Shown: positions 13,193-25,227 of the stretch, piece by piece | Layout: every line of letters begins with the position of its first letter | Numbering within the stretch: the stretch's first letter is position 1 | From: the human T2T-CHM13v2.0 reference genome, Homo sapiens | Assembly (NCBI RefSeq): GCF_009914755.1 | Contig: NC_060934.1 | Length of the DNA: 64,000 nt | Direction: 5' to 3' (one strand) | Translations under genes and position numbers: made by a program | Notes under the pieces: generated by a model | The model's database searches: none | What the model was told of the DNA's origin: nothing | What the model saw: only the letters and a program-made list of their open reading frames with translations

Positions 13193-14091
13193 TATGGTAG
13201 GCTGAATAAAGCTCCTGCCCCCTAAGATGCCCATGCCTTAATCCTCGGCGCCTGCAAATGTATTACATTGCATGGCAAAGGGCTTCACAGGTGTGACTAA
13301 GTTAAGGGTCTTGTGCTGTGAGTGGGACCACAAGCCAAGGAATGCAGGTGACCTTTAGAATCTGGAGGAGACAAAGAACAGATTTCTCTGGAACCTCCAG
13401 AAGGAACCAGTGCTGCCAAATCTTGATCTGACCCTGCACAACTGATTTCACACTTCTGCCTCAAACTGTGAAACAACAAAATTGTATTGTGTGATGATTA
13501 AGCATCAACTTGATTGGATTGAAGGATGCAAAGTATTGTTTCTGGGTGTATCTGGGTTTTTCTGGGTGTTGCCAGAAGAGATTAACATTTGAGTCAATAG
13601 ACAGGCAGAGGAAGACCCACCCTCAATGTGGGTGGGCACCAATCAGTTGGCTCCCAGCACGGCTAGAAAAAAGCTGGAGGAGGAAGCTGACTTGCTGAGT
13701 ATTTTGGTCTTCATCTTTCTCCCATGCTGGATGCTTCCTGCCCTCGAACATCAGACTCCAAGTTCTTCAGCTTTTGGGCTCTTGGCCTTACACCAATGGT
13801 TTGCCAAGGGCTCTCAGGCCTTCGGCCACAGAGTGAAGGATGCACTGTCAGCTTTCCTACTTTTGAGGTTTTGGGACTCAGACTGAGCCACTATTGGTTT
13901 CCTTGCTTCTCAACTTGCAGATGACCTATCATGGAACTTCACCTTGTGATCATGTGAGTCAGCTCTCCTTAATAAACTCCAGTCATATGTACACATATCT
14001 TATTAGTTCTGTCCCTCTAGAGAACCCTGACCAATACAGATTGTTTTAAGTTTGTGTGAAATTGTTGCAACAGTGATCGAAAACTAATGTA
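13193..14091 (+). mobile_element. MLT1C/D-like LTR, interrupted by MLT2A
   Basis: Starts TATGGTAGGCTGAATAA...CTAAGATGCCCATGCCTTAATCC and ends GAAAACTAATGTA; TSD GGATC / GGATG. Confidence 0.8.
13490..14038 (+). mobile_element. MLT2A-like LTR (ERVL) nested in MLT1
   Basis: TGTGATG...CAACTTGATTGGATTGAAGGATGCAAAGTATTG...CTAGAGAACCCTGACCAATACA; TSD TATTG / GATTG. Confidence 0.9.
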
Positions 14092-14569
14092 GGATGTTCA
14101 CCACTATTCCCAGCTTCTAAGCTAATGACTAGCACAGAGTAGAAAATGAATGCATACTTGTTGAATGAATAAATAAATTTCTGACTTTCAATATGAAACT
14201 AAAATTTTAAGGGCAGCTATAGGCCAGATCTGGCTTTTTTTTTTTTCTCCCCAGCTCCTGGCCCTTTGCACAAGGTCATCATTCAAGAAAAAAAATAAAT
14301 ACTATTTCATTTAGAGAGTAAAAGGTTCAAAACAGTATTTCCAGCTACATTCAAGCATCAATTTACTGAGTCCCTGCTGTGTACCACATACTTTAGTAAG
14401 CATTAACAATATAAGACTGAAAAAATCCTGGAGCTATTTGTTCTGTTGCTCACAACTTAGTCATGGAGAGAGGGATTGAAACCAGCACTCCACTCTGCAA
14501 GAACTGAGAGCTAACCTTAACTGAGCACCTACTATCTTACAGGTATTATGCTGTGTTACATTTTAATGA

Positions 14570-15400
14570 AGATCTTAAGAGTGTAGGCTTTTTAAACAGA
14601 CAAAGTTGAGTTCAAATTTTAGTTTTGTGCAACCTATTTCATCTCCCTGGGCCTCGGTTTCCATATAAACCTGGAAAAACAATACCTAACCCACAGAATG
14701 GATGAGAGGGTTAAATCAATGAATGTATATAAACACTGTGATGGTTAATTTTTTGCATCAACTTGGCTGGGCCATAGTACCCAGATAGTTGGTCAAATGT
14801 TATTCTGGATTTTTCTATAAAGGTGATTTTGGATGAGATTAACATTTAAATACATGGGTTTTGAGTAAAGTCGATTGCTCTCCATACTGTGGGTGGGCCT
14901 CATCCAATCAGTTAAAAGCCTAAATAGAACCAAAGGATGACCTCCTCCAAGTAAAAGGGAGTCCTCCAGCTGACTGTATTTGCATTTCAACATGCAACTC
15001 CAGCTTTTTCTGGGTCACCAGCCTGCTAGCTTATCTTCTTGAACTCTTGTAGCCTGAACCACGAGATTCAAGAGGACAAGAGGAACTCCACCCTCCCAGT
15101 CATTCTCTATCCTTCTACCGTGATTTAATTTCCTTTATGACACATATCAATACATACATATTGCTCACTAATTGTTTTAGTGGTTGTCTCCATTTGCTGT
15201 ATGAGTGTCTATGGCAGGCTGAATGAAGCTGAATATATATGGAATTGGCTCACATGATTTTGAACCTGCCAGGCTCCATAATCATGCAAGCCAATTCCAT
15301 ACACATTCCATTGGTTCTCTTTCTCTGTGGAATAGTGATTAATACAAACATACTACATAATGCTTAGCCACATAGTAAGCACTTAATGCATTGTATATCA
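14570..15400 (+). mobile_element. MIR SINE, split by MLT2D
   Basis: CTCCCTGGGCCTCGGTTTCC...GAGGGTTAAAT precedes the LTR and CACATAGTAAGCACTTAAT follows it. Confidence 0.7.
14737..15346 (+). mobile_element. MLT2D-like LTR carrying a foreign templated insertion of about 220 bp
   Basis: TGTGATGGTTAATTTT...CAACTTGGCTGGGCC...TGGTCAAA...GATTAATACA; TSD AACAC / AACAT. Confidence 0.88.
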
Positions 15401-18347
15401 ATTAATACAACATTTTAAGTATTATTATCTTCATTATACAGAAGAGGGAATTAAGATTATAGAGATAAAACACCTTGCCTTTTGCCATGCAGATAATAAA
15501 TGCCAGAGACATGATTTACACTCAGTGGTACCTGCCACTTAAGCCTAGACTCTCCATCCACAATATTGCCCTCACTCTGCTTTAAAAGTTGGCCAGGCAG
15601 CATGCTAAGTAAATTGCAGATTATTTTAAAGGATGTAGACAAAGCGTCAAAATGTAGTGAAACTCCAGAGTTCTTAATACCTTTCCGGGCATCCCAGTTG
15701 TTCAATCAATATCGAATGCCTTATTTCACTGGATTGCATTAGACCACCTAGGCTCTTTGGAACTTCTGTAATAAAATGAGCATCAGGAAGATGCCATATA
15801 TCAATCAAAGGATTCTCCAAGCAGCAGTCTCCCCTTTTATCCTTGCATTTTAATTCATTGTGTAACCCATTTGCATCCTCCTGCCATCACCCAGCTACTG
15901 ACTTTATTCTCTAAATTCCTTCTGATTATTTCTTAAATATATAGATTCACTGTGAGCTAGTCCACCCTCTCTTCTACCCTTAGTAAATATGTGTAAGTAA
16001 GCATACATTTCTTGTTTTCAAAAAAGGAGCTGCTAATAAATAATTTAGGGATATAATATTTACAAATTGTTGTTATCATTGCTTTAGGCCAAACTGAGGC
16101 TTGGAAGTATCCAAACATTCCTGAATGCAATTACTTCTGCCTCCAGTGAAGATGAATGAACTAAGACCAGATTTACCCTCCCACCTGAAGCAACAAAAAC
16201 ATAGACACAGTATATTAAACCATTGACAAGACAGTGGCCATCAGGAAAGGAAGGGCAGTGATCTCGGATAAACAGAAAATAAACAAGATTCCCTAAAATT
16301 GCTGCAACATATTTTTTTGACAGAGTTTCTAGGCCACAATGCAAGGTAGGAAAACCCAATTTCTCCCTAAGTTGAGGATACTGAACCAAGGGTCTGGAGA
16401 CTCCAAGGTAGTAGACGTTTCAAAGTAGAGTATTGAGGAGGAGAGATCTACACGGTGATAGAACTCTGAAGGTCTTCAGGGAGAAAACTGGAAAAGTACT
16501 CAGGGATGGAAAAAAATGACCCCAAATGTTTAGAGATAACAATGCTGGACTTCACACAGGGCTGGGAAATGTTCCTGCTTCCATCTTCCAGACTGAGAAA
16601 CCTCAAGAGCCATGGGACACATTGAGTAAAGCAAACAAAAAGGTCTTGCATCTGCAATGGAGAATACCAAAACCTAGATAAGCCCTGCTCCGGTCCTGCC
16701 TGACAAATCTTAAAAGCAAGACCTGAAAGGATCAAACTGTTTTCATGTAACTTAACTGTATATCATTTTTAGAAGAAAAAAACAATAGTATCTATATTAA
16801 TTTTTTAAAATCCAGCATTCAATAAAGTAAAATTCATAATGACTGCCATCAAACCAAAAATTACTAGGCATGTAAAGAGGCAGAAAATAAAACAACACAT
16901 ACCGGAAAGATAAACCAATTGAAACCAACCCAAAACTGACTTTGTTAGATTTAACAAATATCTTATAAGTCTATACCGAATGTCAAAAAAAGTAATTGGA
17001 AACATGGAGGACATTTTTTCAAAAATACACAAATCAAACTACAAAAGATGAAATCCATAGGTTTGAGATAAAAAGTACACTGAATGGAGATTGACAGCAG
17101 ATTAGGCATTACAGAAGAAAAGATCAGTAAAGTTGAAGACAGAGCACTAGAACATACCAACATGAAATATAGATATGAAAAACATTTTAATGTAAAGAAC
17201 ATCAGTAAGCTGTGGAATAATTTCAAGAGGCCTAATATGTAATGGAAACCCCCAAAGAAGCAGGGCCCAGAAAATCTACTTCCAGAAGTACTTGAAAACT
17301 ATCCAAATTTGATGAAAACTATAAACCCACAAATCCAAGAAGCTGAGTGAAGCACAATCACAAGAAACATGAAGAATGCTATCCCAAGGCACATCATAAT
17401 CATATTGCTCAAAATCAGTGATAAAGATAAAATGTTAAAAGCCAACAGAGGGGAAAAAAGACTTGTTATATACAATAAAACAAAGACTTTTTTTAAAGCA
17501 GCAGACATCTCTGCATTGGAACAATGCAAGTGAGAAAACAGTAAAGTAACACTCTTAAAGTACTAAAAGAAAAAATAAAACCTGTGTATTTAAAATTTTA
17601 TACCCAATAAACAATATTCTTCAGAAATGAAGGCAGAATAAAGCCTTTTTTAGACATCTAGCCTCTGAAATCTATCACTTGCAGATCTACACTACCAAAA
17701 AATGTTAAAGGAAGCCCTTTAGGTGGAAGGAAAATAATAACAGACAGTAATATGGCTCTACACAAAAGAATGAAGAACCCCACAACTAAATAAGTAAATA
17801 TATGAGTTTTTAAAATTACTTGCGCTGTTAAAGGAGCATTGTTTCAACAAAAATAATAATATAGCATGGAGCTTAAAACAACTATAGAAATAAATGTATA
17901 AAAACAACAGCATAAAGAAAACAAGGGGATAAATGGAAGTATAACTGTTGTAAAGTTCTTTGCACAATACATTATGTGGTATAATGTTATTTGAAGGTAG
18001 ATTGTGATAAGTTTAAGATATATACCATAAACCTTAACACAGCCACTAAAGTAACAAAACAAATCACTATATCTAGCAAGCCAAAAAAGGAAATAAAAGA
18101 AAATTATTTTAAAAAATTGAATCAATCCAAAAAAGGCAGAAAAAGAGGTAAAATAGAAAAGAACAGTTAAGGCAAATAGAAAACAAATAGAAAGTGTGTA
18201 TAAATCATAATTATATTAATAATGGCAATAAACTTAAATTGTGTAAATACCTCAATTAAAAGGCAGTGTCAGATTTCATAAAGCAGGGATCCTCAAATAG
18301 ATACTGCTTTCACAATATGCACTTCAAATATAAAAATACAAATAAGT

Positions 18348-18655
<308 letters not shown>

Positions 18656-20222
18656 GCAATGGGAAAAGATAGAACAAGATAGCACTAACATAAAAAAAAG
18701 CTACACAGGCTACATTAATATCAGACAAAGAAGATTTCAGAGCAAATAATGTTACTAAAGATAACGAATGATCATTTCATAATGATAATGAGGGAAATTT
18801 ATCAAAGAGACATAAAAATCCTAAACATTTATGCAGCTAATAATAGTTTCAAAATGCATGAAGCAATAACTGATAGAACTACAAGGAAAAATAGACAAAA
18901 TTAAAAATATAGACAGATATTTCAATACCCCCTTTTAATAATGAATAAAATAATTAGACAGAAAATAGAAACAGATATTGAAGACCCAAATAACTTAATT
19001 AACATTTACATAGCACTTCATCCAAAACAGCAGAATATACAGTCTACGTTTTGTATATACAGAATATAATTTGTGTGACTTGAATCCTTTTAAGCTCATG
19101 ACTTGTTTTTATGGCGCAGAATGTGGAACATGTTCTGCCTTGGTAAATGTTCCTTTTGTTCTTGAAGAGACTGTATATTTTGCTGTTTTGCATGGAGTAT
19201 TATGTAAATGTTAAGCTAACTCCAGAAATAAGACAAGGACATTCATTTTACCTATGTTTACTTAACATTATATTCGAGGTTCTACACCAAATTGAAGAAT
19301 GCGAATAAGTTGGGTTATATTCTTTACTTTATTCACAGATAATATAAACATCTATGTAGAAAATTTGAAAGAATCTACAAAAGCTAGAATTGAGCTTATC
19401 AAGTTCACAGAAAGGGACACCAATATACAAAAATCTATTTTATTTCTAGATACTAGGAAAAATAATCAAAAAATCAAATTTAAAAATACCATTTACAATT
19501 GCATCAAAAATATGAAATATTTAGAGTTAAGTATGACAAATAATGTGAAAGATCTGTACAGTGAAAACTATAAAACACCACTGAGGGAAATAAAAGAAAA
19601 CTAAATAAATGGAGAGATACATTATATTCATGGGTCAAAAGGGAAATATTGTTAGAATGTAAATTCTCCTCATATTAATAAATTCAACATCATCTTAATC
19701 AAAATACCACAAAGTTTTTAAAATTAAAATTGATAAATTGAATCTAAAATGTATATGGAAATTCAAAGGATCTAGAAAAGCTAAACCAAATTTGAAAAAG
19801 AACAAATTTGGAGAGAAAATACTACCTGATTTCAAGACCTACTGTAAAGCTACAGCAATGAAGACTATACGGTATTTATGTAAAAGACACTTAGGTCAAT
19901 AAAACATAACAGAGGGTCTAGAAATATACCCATGCATATATAGGCAACTGATTTTCAGTAAAGTTGCAAAGGCAATTCAGTGGAGAGGAGGTAGTCTTTT
20001 CAACAAATGGTACTAAAAAAGTTGGCAATTCATACACAAACAGGTAAACTTCCATCCCTATCTAGTGCCATATAAAAAATAACTCAAAATAGATGAGAGA
20101 CCTAAATGTACAAATGAAAACCATAAAACTTCTAGAAGAAAACATAAGAGAAAATCTCTGTGACCATGGCTTAGGAGAATATTTCTTAAATATAATACCA
20201 AAAGTATGATCTAGAAAATAAC

Positions 20223-20794
20223 TATACGGAAAAGAGTTAATATAGCAAGACTCTATCCTTAGAAAGGATAGACTTTCTTAGACTGCTATCCTTAGAAAGG
20301 CCTGCTTGCAGGCATGGCTCATGATTGATGCCTCAGAACTTGGACTTCAAGAGGCTTTCCACCATTCCCAACTGGTAAGAGTAGCCCACTGAGCCTACAC
20401 TGTTTCTACAAACAATATGATTTATGTTGAACAGACCTGCTTTCCTTCTGGGAGTCTGGAATTATTAGTACATGCTAGGATGAAGGCACCCACATGACCA
20501 GCTTCCAATAAAATCGTGAACACTAAGTCTCTAAAGAGTGTCCCTCACTGGCAATACTTTGCACCTGTCGCAATTTGATGCTGCAGGAATTAAGTGCATG
20601 CTGAGTGACTTCATGGGGAATGGACTCTTGAAAGCTTATGTCTGGTTCTTCTGTACTTTGGCTACATACCTTTCTCTTTACTTATCTTACTTTGTATTCT
20701 TTTACTGTAATAAATTTTGGGCATGAGTATAATTGCATCCTGTGTCCTGTGAGTTCTCCTAGCAAATCACCAAATCTGGGGAGGTCTTGGGAAC
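20223..20794 (+). mobile_element. MER68-like LTR (ERVL)
   Basis: GAAAAGAGTTAATATAGC...CTGCTATCCTTAGAAAGGCCTGCTTGCA...CCTGCTTTCCTTCTGGGAGTCTGGAATT...GGTCTTGGGAAC. Confidence 0.8.
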
Positions 20795-21405
20795 AAATTT
20801 ATAAATTGGACTTCATCAGAATTTAACACTTCTACTATTCAGAAGATACTGTTAAAGACAAATCAGAGACAAATATGTATGTATAGCATATATATACATA
20901 CACATATGTGTGTGTATATATATCTGCACACATATATATTAAAAGCCTATAGCTGATAAAAAAGATTTTACGTAGAATATATAAAGAACTCTTATAACTC
21001 AATAGTAAACAAATACATATTTTTTAAATGAGAAAAATATTTGAAAAAATATTTCACCGAAGTAGATATATGGATGTCAAATAAGCAAATGAAAATATGT
21101 TAATCATTGCTAATGATTAATGTACTTTAAAAATATAAATATCCTTATTACTATACATATATTAGAATGGAAAAGAAAACTAATCATTCAAAGTGATGGA
21201 TATTGATACAACCACTTGGAATAACTTGGGCAGTTTCTTTAAAAATTAAACATTCATCTACAATATGATCTATTGATTCCATTCCTGTGTATTTTACCCA
21301 ATAGATAAAAGCATAGGTCCATACAAGAACTTTGTGTGCTTTAAATATGTGCAGTGTTGTACAGCAATTATACCACCATAAAGCTATTTTTAAAAGTACA
21401 AACAT

Positions 21406-21709
21406 GGGCCACACAGTGGCTCACACCTGTAATCCCAACACTTTGAGAGGCCAAGGCAGGCAGATCACCTGAGGTCAGGAGCTCGAGACCAGCCTGGCTA
21501 ATGTGGTGAAACCCCGTCCCTATTAAAAATACAAAAAAATTGGCCAGGCGTGGTGGCGGACGCCTGTAATCCCAGCTACTTGGGAGGCTGAGGCGGGAGA
21601 ATCACTTGAACCTGAGAGGCGGAGGTTTCAATGAGCTGAGGTCACGCCACTGCACTCCAACCTGAGCAACAGAGCGAGACTGTCTCAAAACAAAACAAAA
21701 CAAAACAAA
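21406..21709 (+). mobile_element. AluS (Sx/Sz-like) with (AAAAC)n tail
   Basis: Full dimer; TSD AAAAGTACAAACA on both sides. Confidence 0.95.
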
Positions 21710-21759
21710 AAAAGTACAAACACATATGCAATATAATTGTTCTGACCATAAGACAATTA

Positions 21760-21842
21760 TTAGGTTGGTGAAAATGGAATTATTGCAGTTTTTGCCATTG
21801 CTTTCAATGGCAAAAACCACAATTACTTTTGCTCCAACCTAA
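21760..21842. mobile_element. MADE1 MITE (Hsmar1-derived, Tc1/mariner)
   Basis: TTAGGTTGGTG...TTTTTGCCATTGCTTTCAATGGCAAAAAC...CCAACCTAA palindrome flanked by a TA TSD. Confidence 0.92.
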
Positions 21843-23809
21843 TACGATTTTATTTACAAAATTCAGTATCCATTGCAGACGATACAGCCTCATAATAGGA
21901 TATAAGCTTTAAAAGTTGCATCCTCTTTATTCTGTACAATGTGTCTCTATAATTATCCTGACACTGGAGATGGCAAAGACTAAATCTGAGCTCTTTCATG
22001 AACATGAGGCTGCTGCCTAAGTGGGCTTCCTGGTGAGCCACACAACCCCACCCACGCATCTAGTCTGTGGTAGAGTCTCATGCTCCAGTGTTCTGTCCCC
22101 ATCTTTTTTCTTTGCTTCAAATTCCTCTGAAGGTCATGCTTAAAAGTCCCACATTTACTGAATTTCTCCTCATCATAGCTCCATGTGAGACACAGTGAGG
22201 GATTCTAGGCTGACTTTCATGGAATCTATCCAATAGCTTGAAATGTAAAGAAGAGAAAGTAGCAAATTGAACAACAACGATAACAAAGTACAAATGAAAA
22301 CCATGTGTAAAGGACCACGCTCCAGCAGGTAACATTTGTACAGTTACTGATGCTCTTGCTGACACCCTGGGATGATGAATGACCCTCTTGCTTGCCAAAT
22401 GTTAAAAGTCACAGAAGAGGATAATAAAATACAGTGGGGGGTATGGAGAGTATCAGGATGACCTAAATGACAATGAGCATAAAGAAAAAGCCGATAGTGA
22501 GAAGGCTATAATAGGAAAATAATGACACTGGCTTATCTTGCCTTTTCAGAGATTCTTGGAGCACCACTCTTGCTAACATTTTCTGCAATAAAATAGTACT
22601 TTTTCCCTCAGAAAACATATTCAAAATCTGAAATGAAAAATCTGTCAAGCATGTGGTTGTACCATGGAGGGTGTTCTGCTGGGGAATGGAAGGACTGGAA
22701 TATTGAGACAGGGATGCAATTTCTGGAATCCTGAAGCTTAATTTTTGCTACAGGCTATCCTCTCTTAAAAGGAACTTGGAAAGAAAATAAGCAGAAATTG
22801 GCTCTCACATTCCAGAAAAAGACATTTTTCATGAACTTCCAGCTTAATGGAAAACTAAGTGCTTTCAGTTATGACATCAAACTTTTTCAAAGCTTATTCT
22901 TATTAACCTTGTAAAAATATCTCTTTGTTTCCTCTCCTTTTTTTCTTCCAGTTTCTGTCTTTTCAATGAACTATATTCCTCTCCCACCAAGAAATTTCAC
23001 TCTGGTAGAAGACTCCTGCCACGACCACCAAGCTTTCTCAAAGGTACTCCCCTGGTTCTTAAAGAAACCACAGGCAGAATGAGGGACTCTTATATCTGAA
23101 ACAGGGGCACAATCCCAGAGAGTGAGCTTAATCAATAATCATGGTCCAATTTATCGATTGTCCATGTGAGATGACATGGGAAAGAAGGTTCCATGTGCCT
23201 CTCAGAGGCCTTTTCCCAACCTCCTTCCTGTCTCTGTTCCCATGTGATTCCCACTTTTGAACCCAGCCTTTGGGTGTGTGCCTATGCTCTGGAACCAGTT
23301 AGGATTTTACACAGAAGAGATATAAAATGCAACATTAATTGTCTATAAGAACTGGAAATAAAGAGCCTATCAAGAAGGAAATTGTTGAATATGTTATGGA
23401 ACATCCATGCTATGGGTAACAGGCAACTATTACAATAACGGGGCAGATTTATATTTACAGAGTTGGAAAGTTGTCCATAAGGTATTGTCAAGTAATAAAG
23501 CCAAACTGCTTACCACAATGCATAGGTATATAGAAACATCTTTAGACATTTATTTAAAAACTATTGAAAAGGGATAAACCGTATTTGGGGTGGAGGGGAG
23601 CAGGAGAATTATACTTTTTACTTTGTGGAATTTTTAAGTATGGGCTTTATGGTTGTTACTACTTCTTTGTCTTTTCCTTATTTGTTTTTTCAATATTCAA
23701 TTGGTTTTCTCAATTGTAAAAAACCAATAAGTGAAGTTAAAACATACTTTATCTTTTTCTTCATTTATTATTGGACTAATCTAATAAGGATAACATATAG
23801 ACAGATATC

Positions 23810-23900
23810 ATGTCTGTCTTGGTCACTATTGTATCCCTTATGCCTAGAATAGTACCTGGCATATAGAAAATATTCAGTAGATATTTCTTAAAAAGATGGC
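23810..23900 (+). mobile_element. L2 3' terminal fragment
   Basis: TCTTGGTCACTATTGTATCCCTTATGCCTAGAATAGTACCTGGCATATAG. Confidence 0.7.
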
Positions 23901-24882
23901 ATAATTCAGTGGATTCAGTTCCATCACTGAATCTAATCCAGTGTCCATGGTAAAACTGGACTCTGCCTTCTTCACCCCCTTGGGCCTGTTCATCATAATT
24001 GTGTCCCCACCTTGCTCCCTTGGTCTGCATATTTGTCGTCACTCTTTTCTTGTTGATCCAGTCCTCTAAGCATCATCCTGGACTTGTTCTTTCTGTCTTC
24101 CTACCAGGGGATGAAGTCCTCCCTTTTGGTCCTAACTGAGTGCTCACTGCTATCTAGTGAACACTCTTCTGTTTTCTACTGTCCACTTGCACTTGGGATA
24201 GAAACAATTCTGAGGTTATCCATGATGCATTTGTCTCGACTCCCTGCGAGTTCCTTAGACCACACTCAGGACTCTTCTTTGACTGCTTTTTTTCCTTTTG
24301 GACACTCTCACCTATCTGTTTGGCTGGACATCTTCCCAGGGTCTGAGGCTGAATCTGTTACCCAAGATCCCCCATCAGAAGTCAGGTCGGGTTCCAAGTC
24401 CTGGGCCCTCCTAGTTTACTCCACCCTACTGCAATAAAATAGGTTACCTGTAACTGGGCTGAGAGGTGATACCCCTAAGATGCTTTGTTAACACCCAGAA
24501 ATAGTCAGCGTCTCTAGTTTCCTCTTATATAATGCAAACACCCCCAGGAAGTAAAATACGTTTTTTAATTTTTTTTTTAATCCAACTTGTTTACCTGAAA
24601 TGAAAACATACCACCAAATAATAGCCTACAAGGACCTTTGCTGCCTTCTGGCCCTTCCCAGTGGCTCTTCTTTCTCAGAGTTATTTTACCTGTTTGTACA
24701 TAAATAGAAATCTATGGATGGGACCTTGGTTCTAGTCACCTAAGAGACTCTATAGAGTCAATGAGTTCATCCTAATCTTTTGCAACCTGAATAACCACCG
24801 CTATGGAAGTGCATTGTGGAAAAGGGTTGTGGTCCTAGTAAAGATTCTGTGTATATGTCCCAATATAAAACAGCCAATTACA

Positions 24883-25227
<345 letters not shown>

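Larger units (their letters stand above)
12900..14180 (+). mobile_element. L2 3' end, split by an MLT1 insertion
   Basis: CAGCTCAATGTCACCTGACCAGACAGGCCTTCCCTGAC precedes the LTR; L2 terminus AGCACAGAGTAG...TTGTTGAATGAATAAAT follows it. Confidence 0.7.

Noticed and set aside
22237-22328. Possible coding exon ending CAG|GTAACA
   Set aside because: Stops occur in all three frames from the nearest acceptor and the acceptor is weak; no supporting homology.
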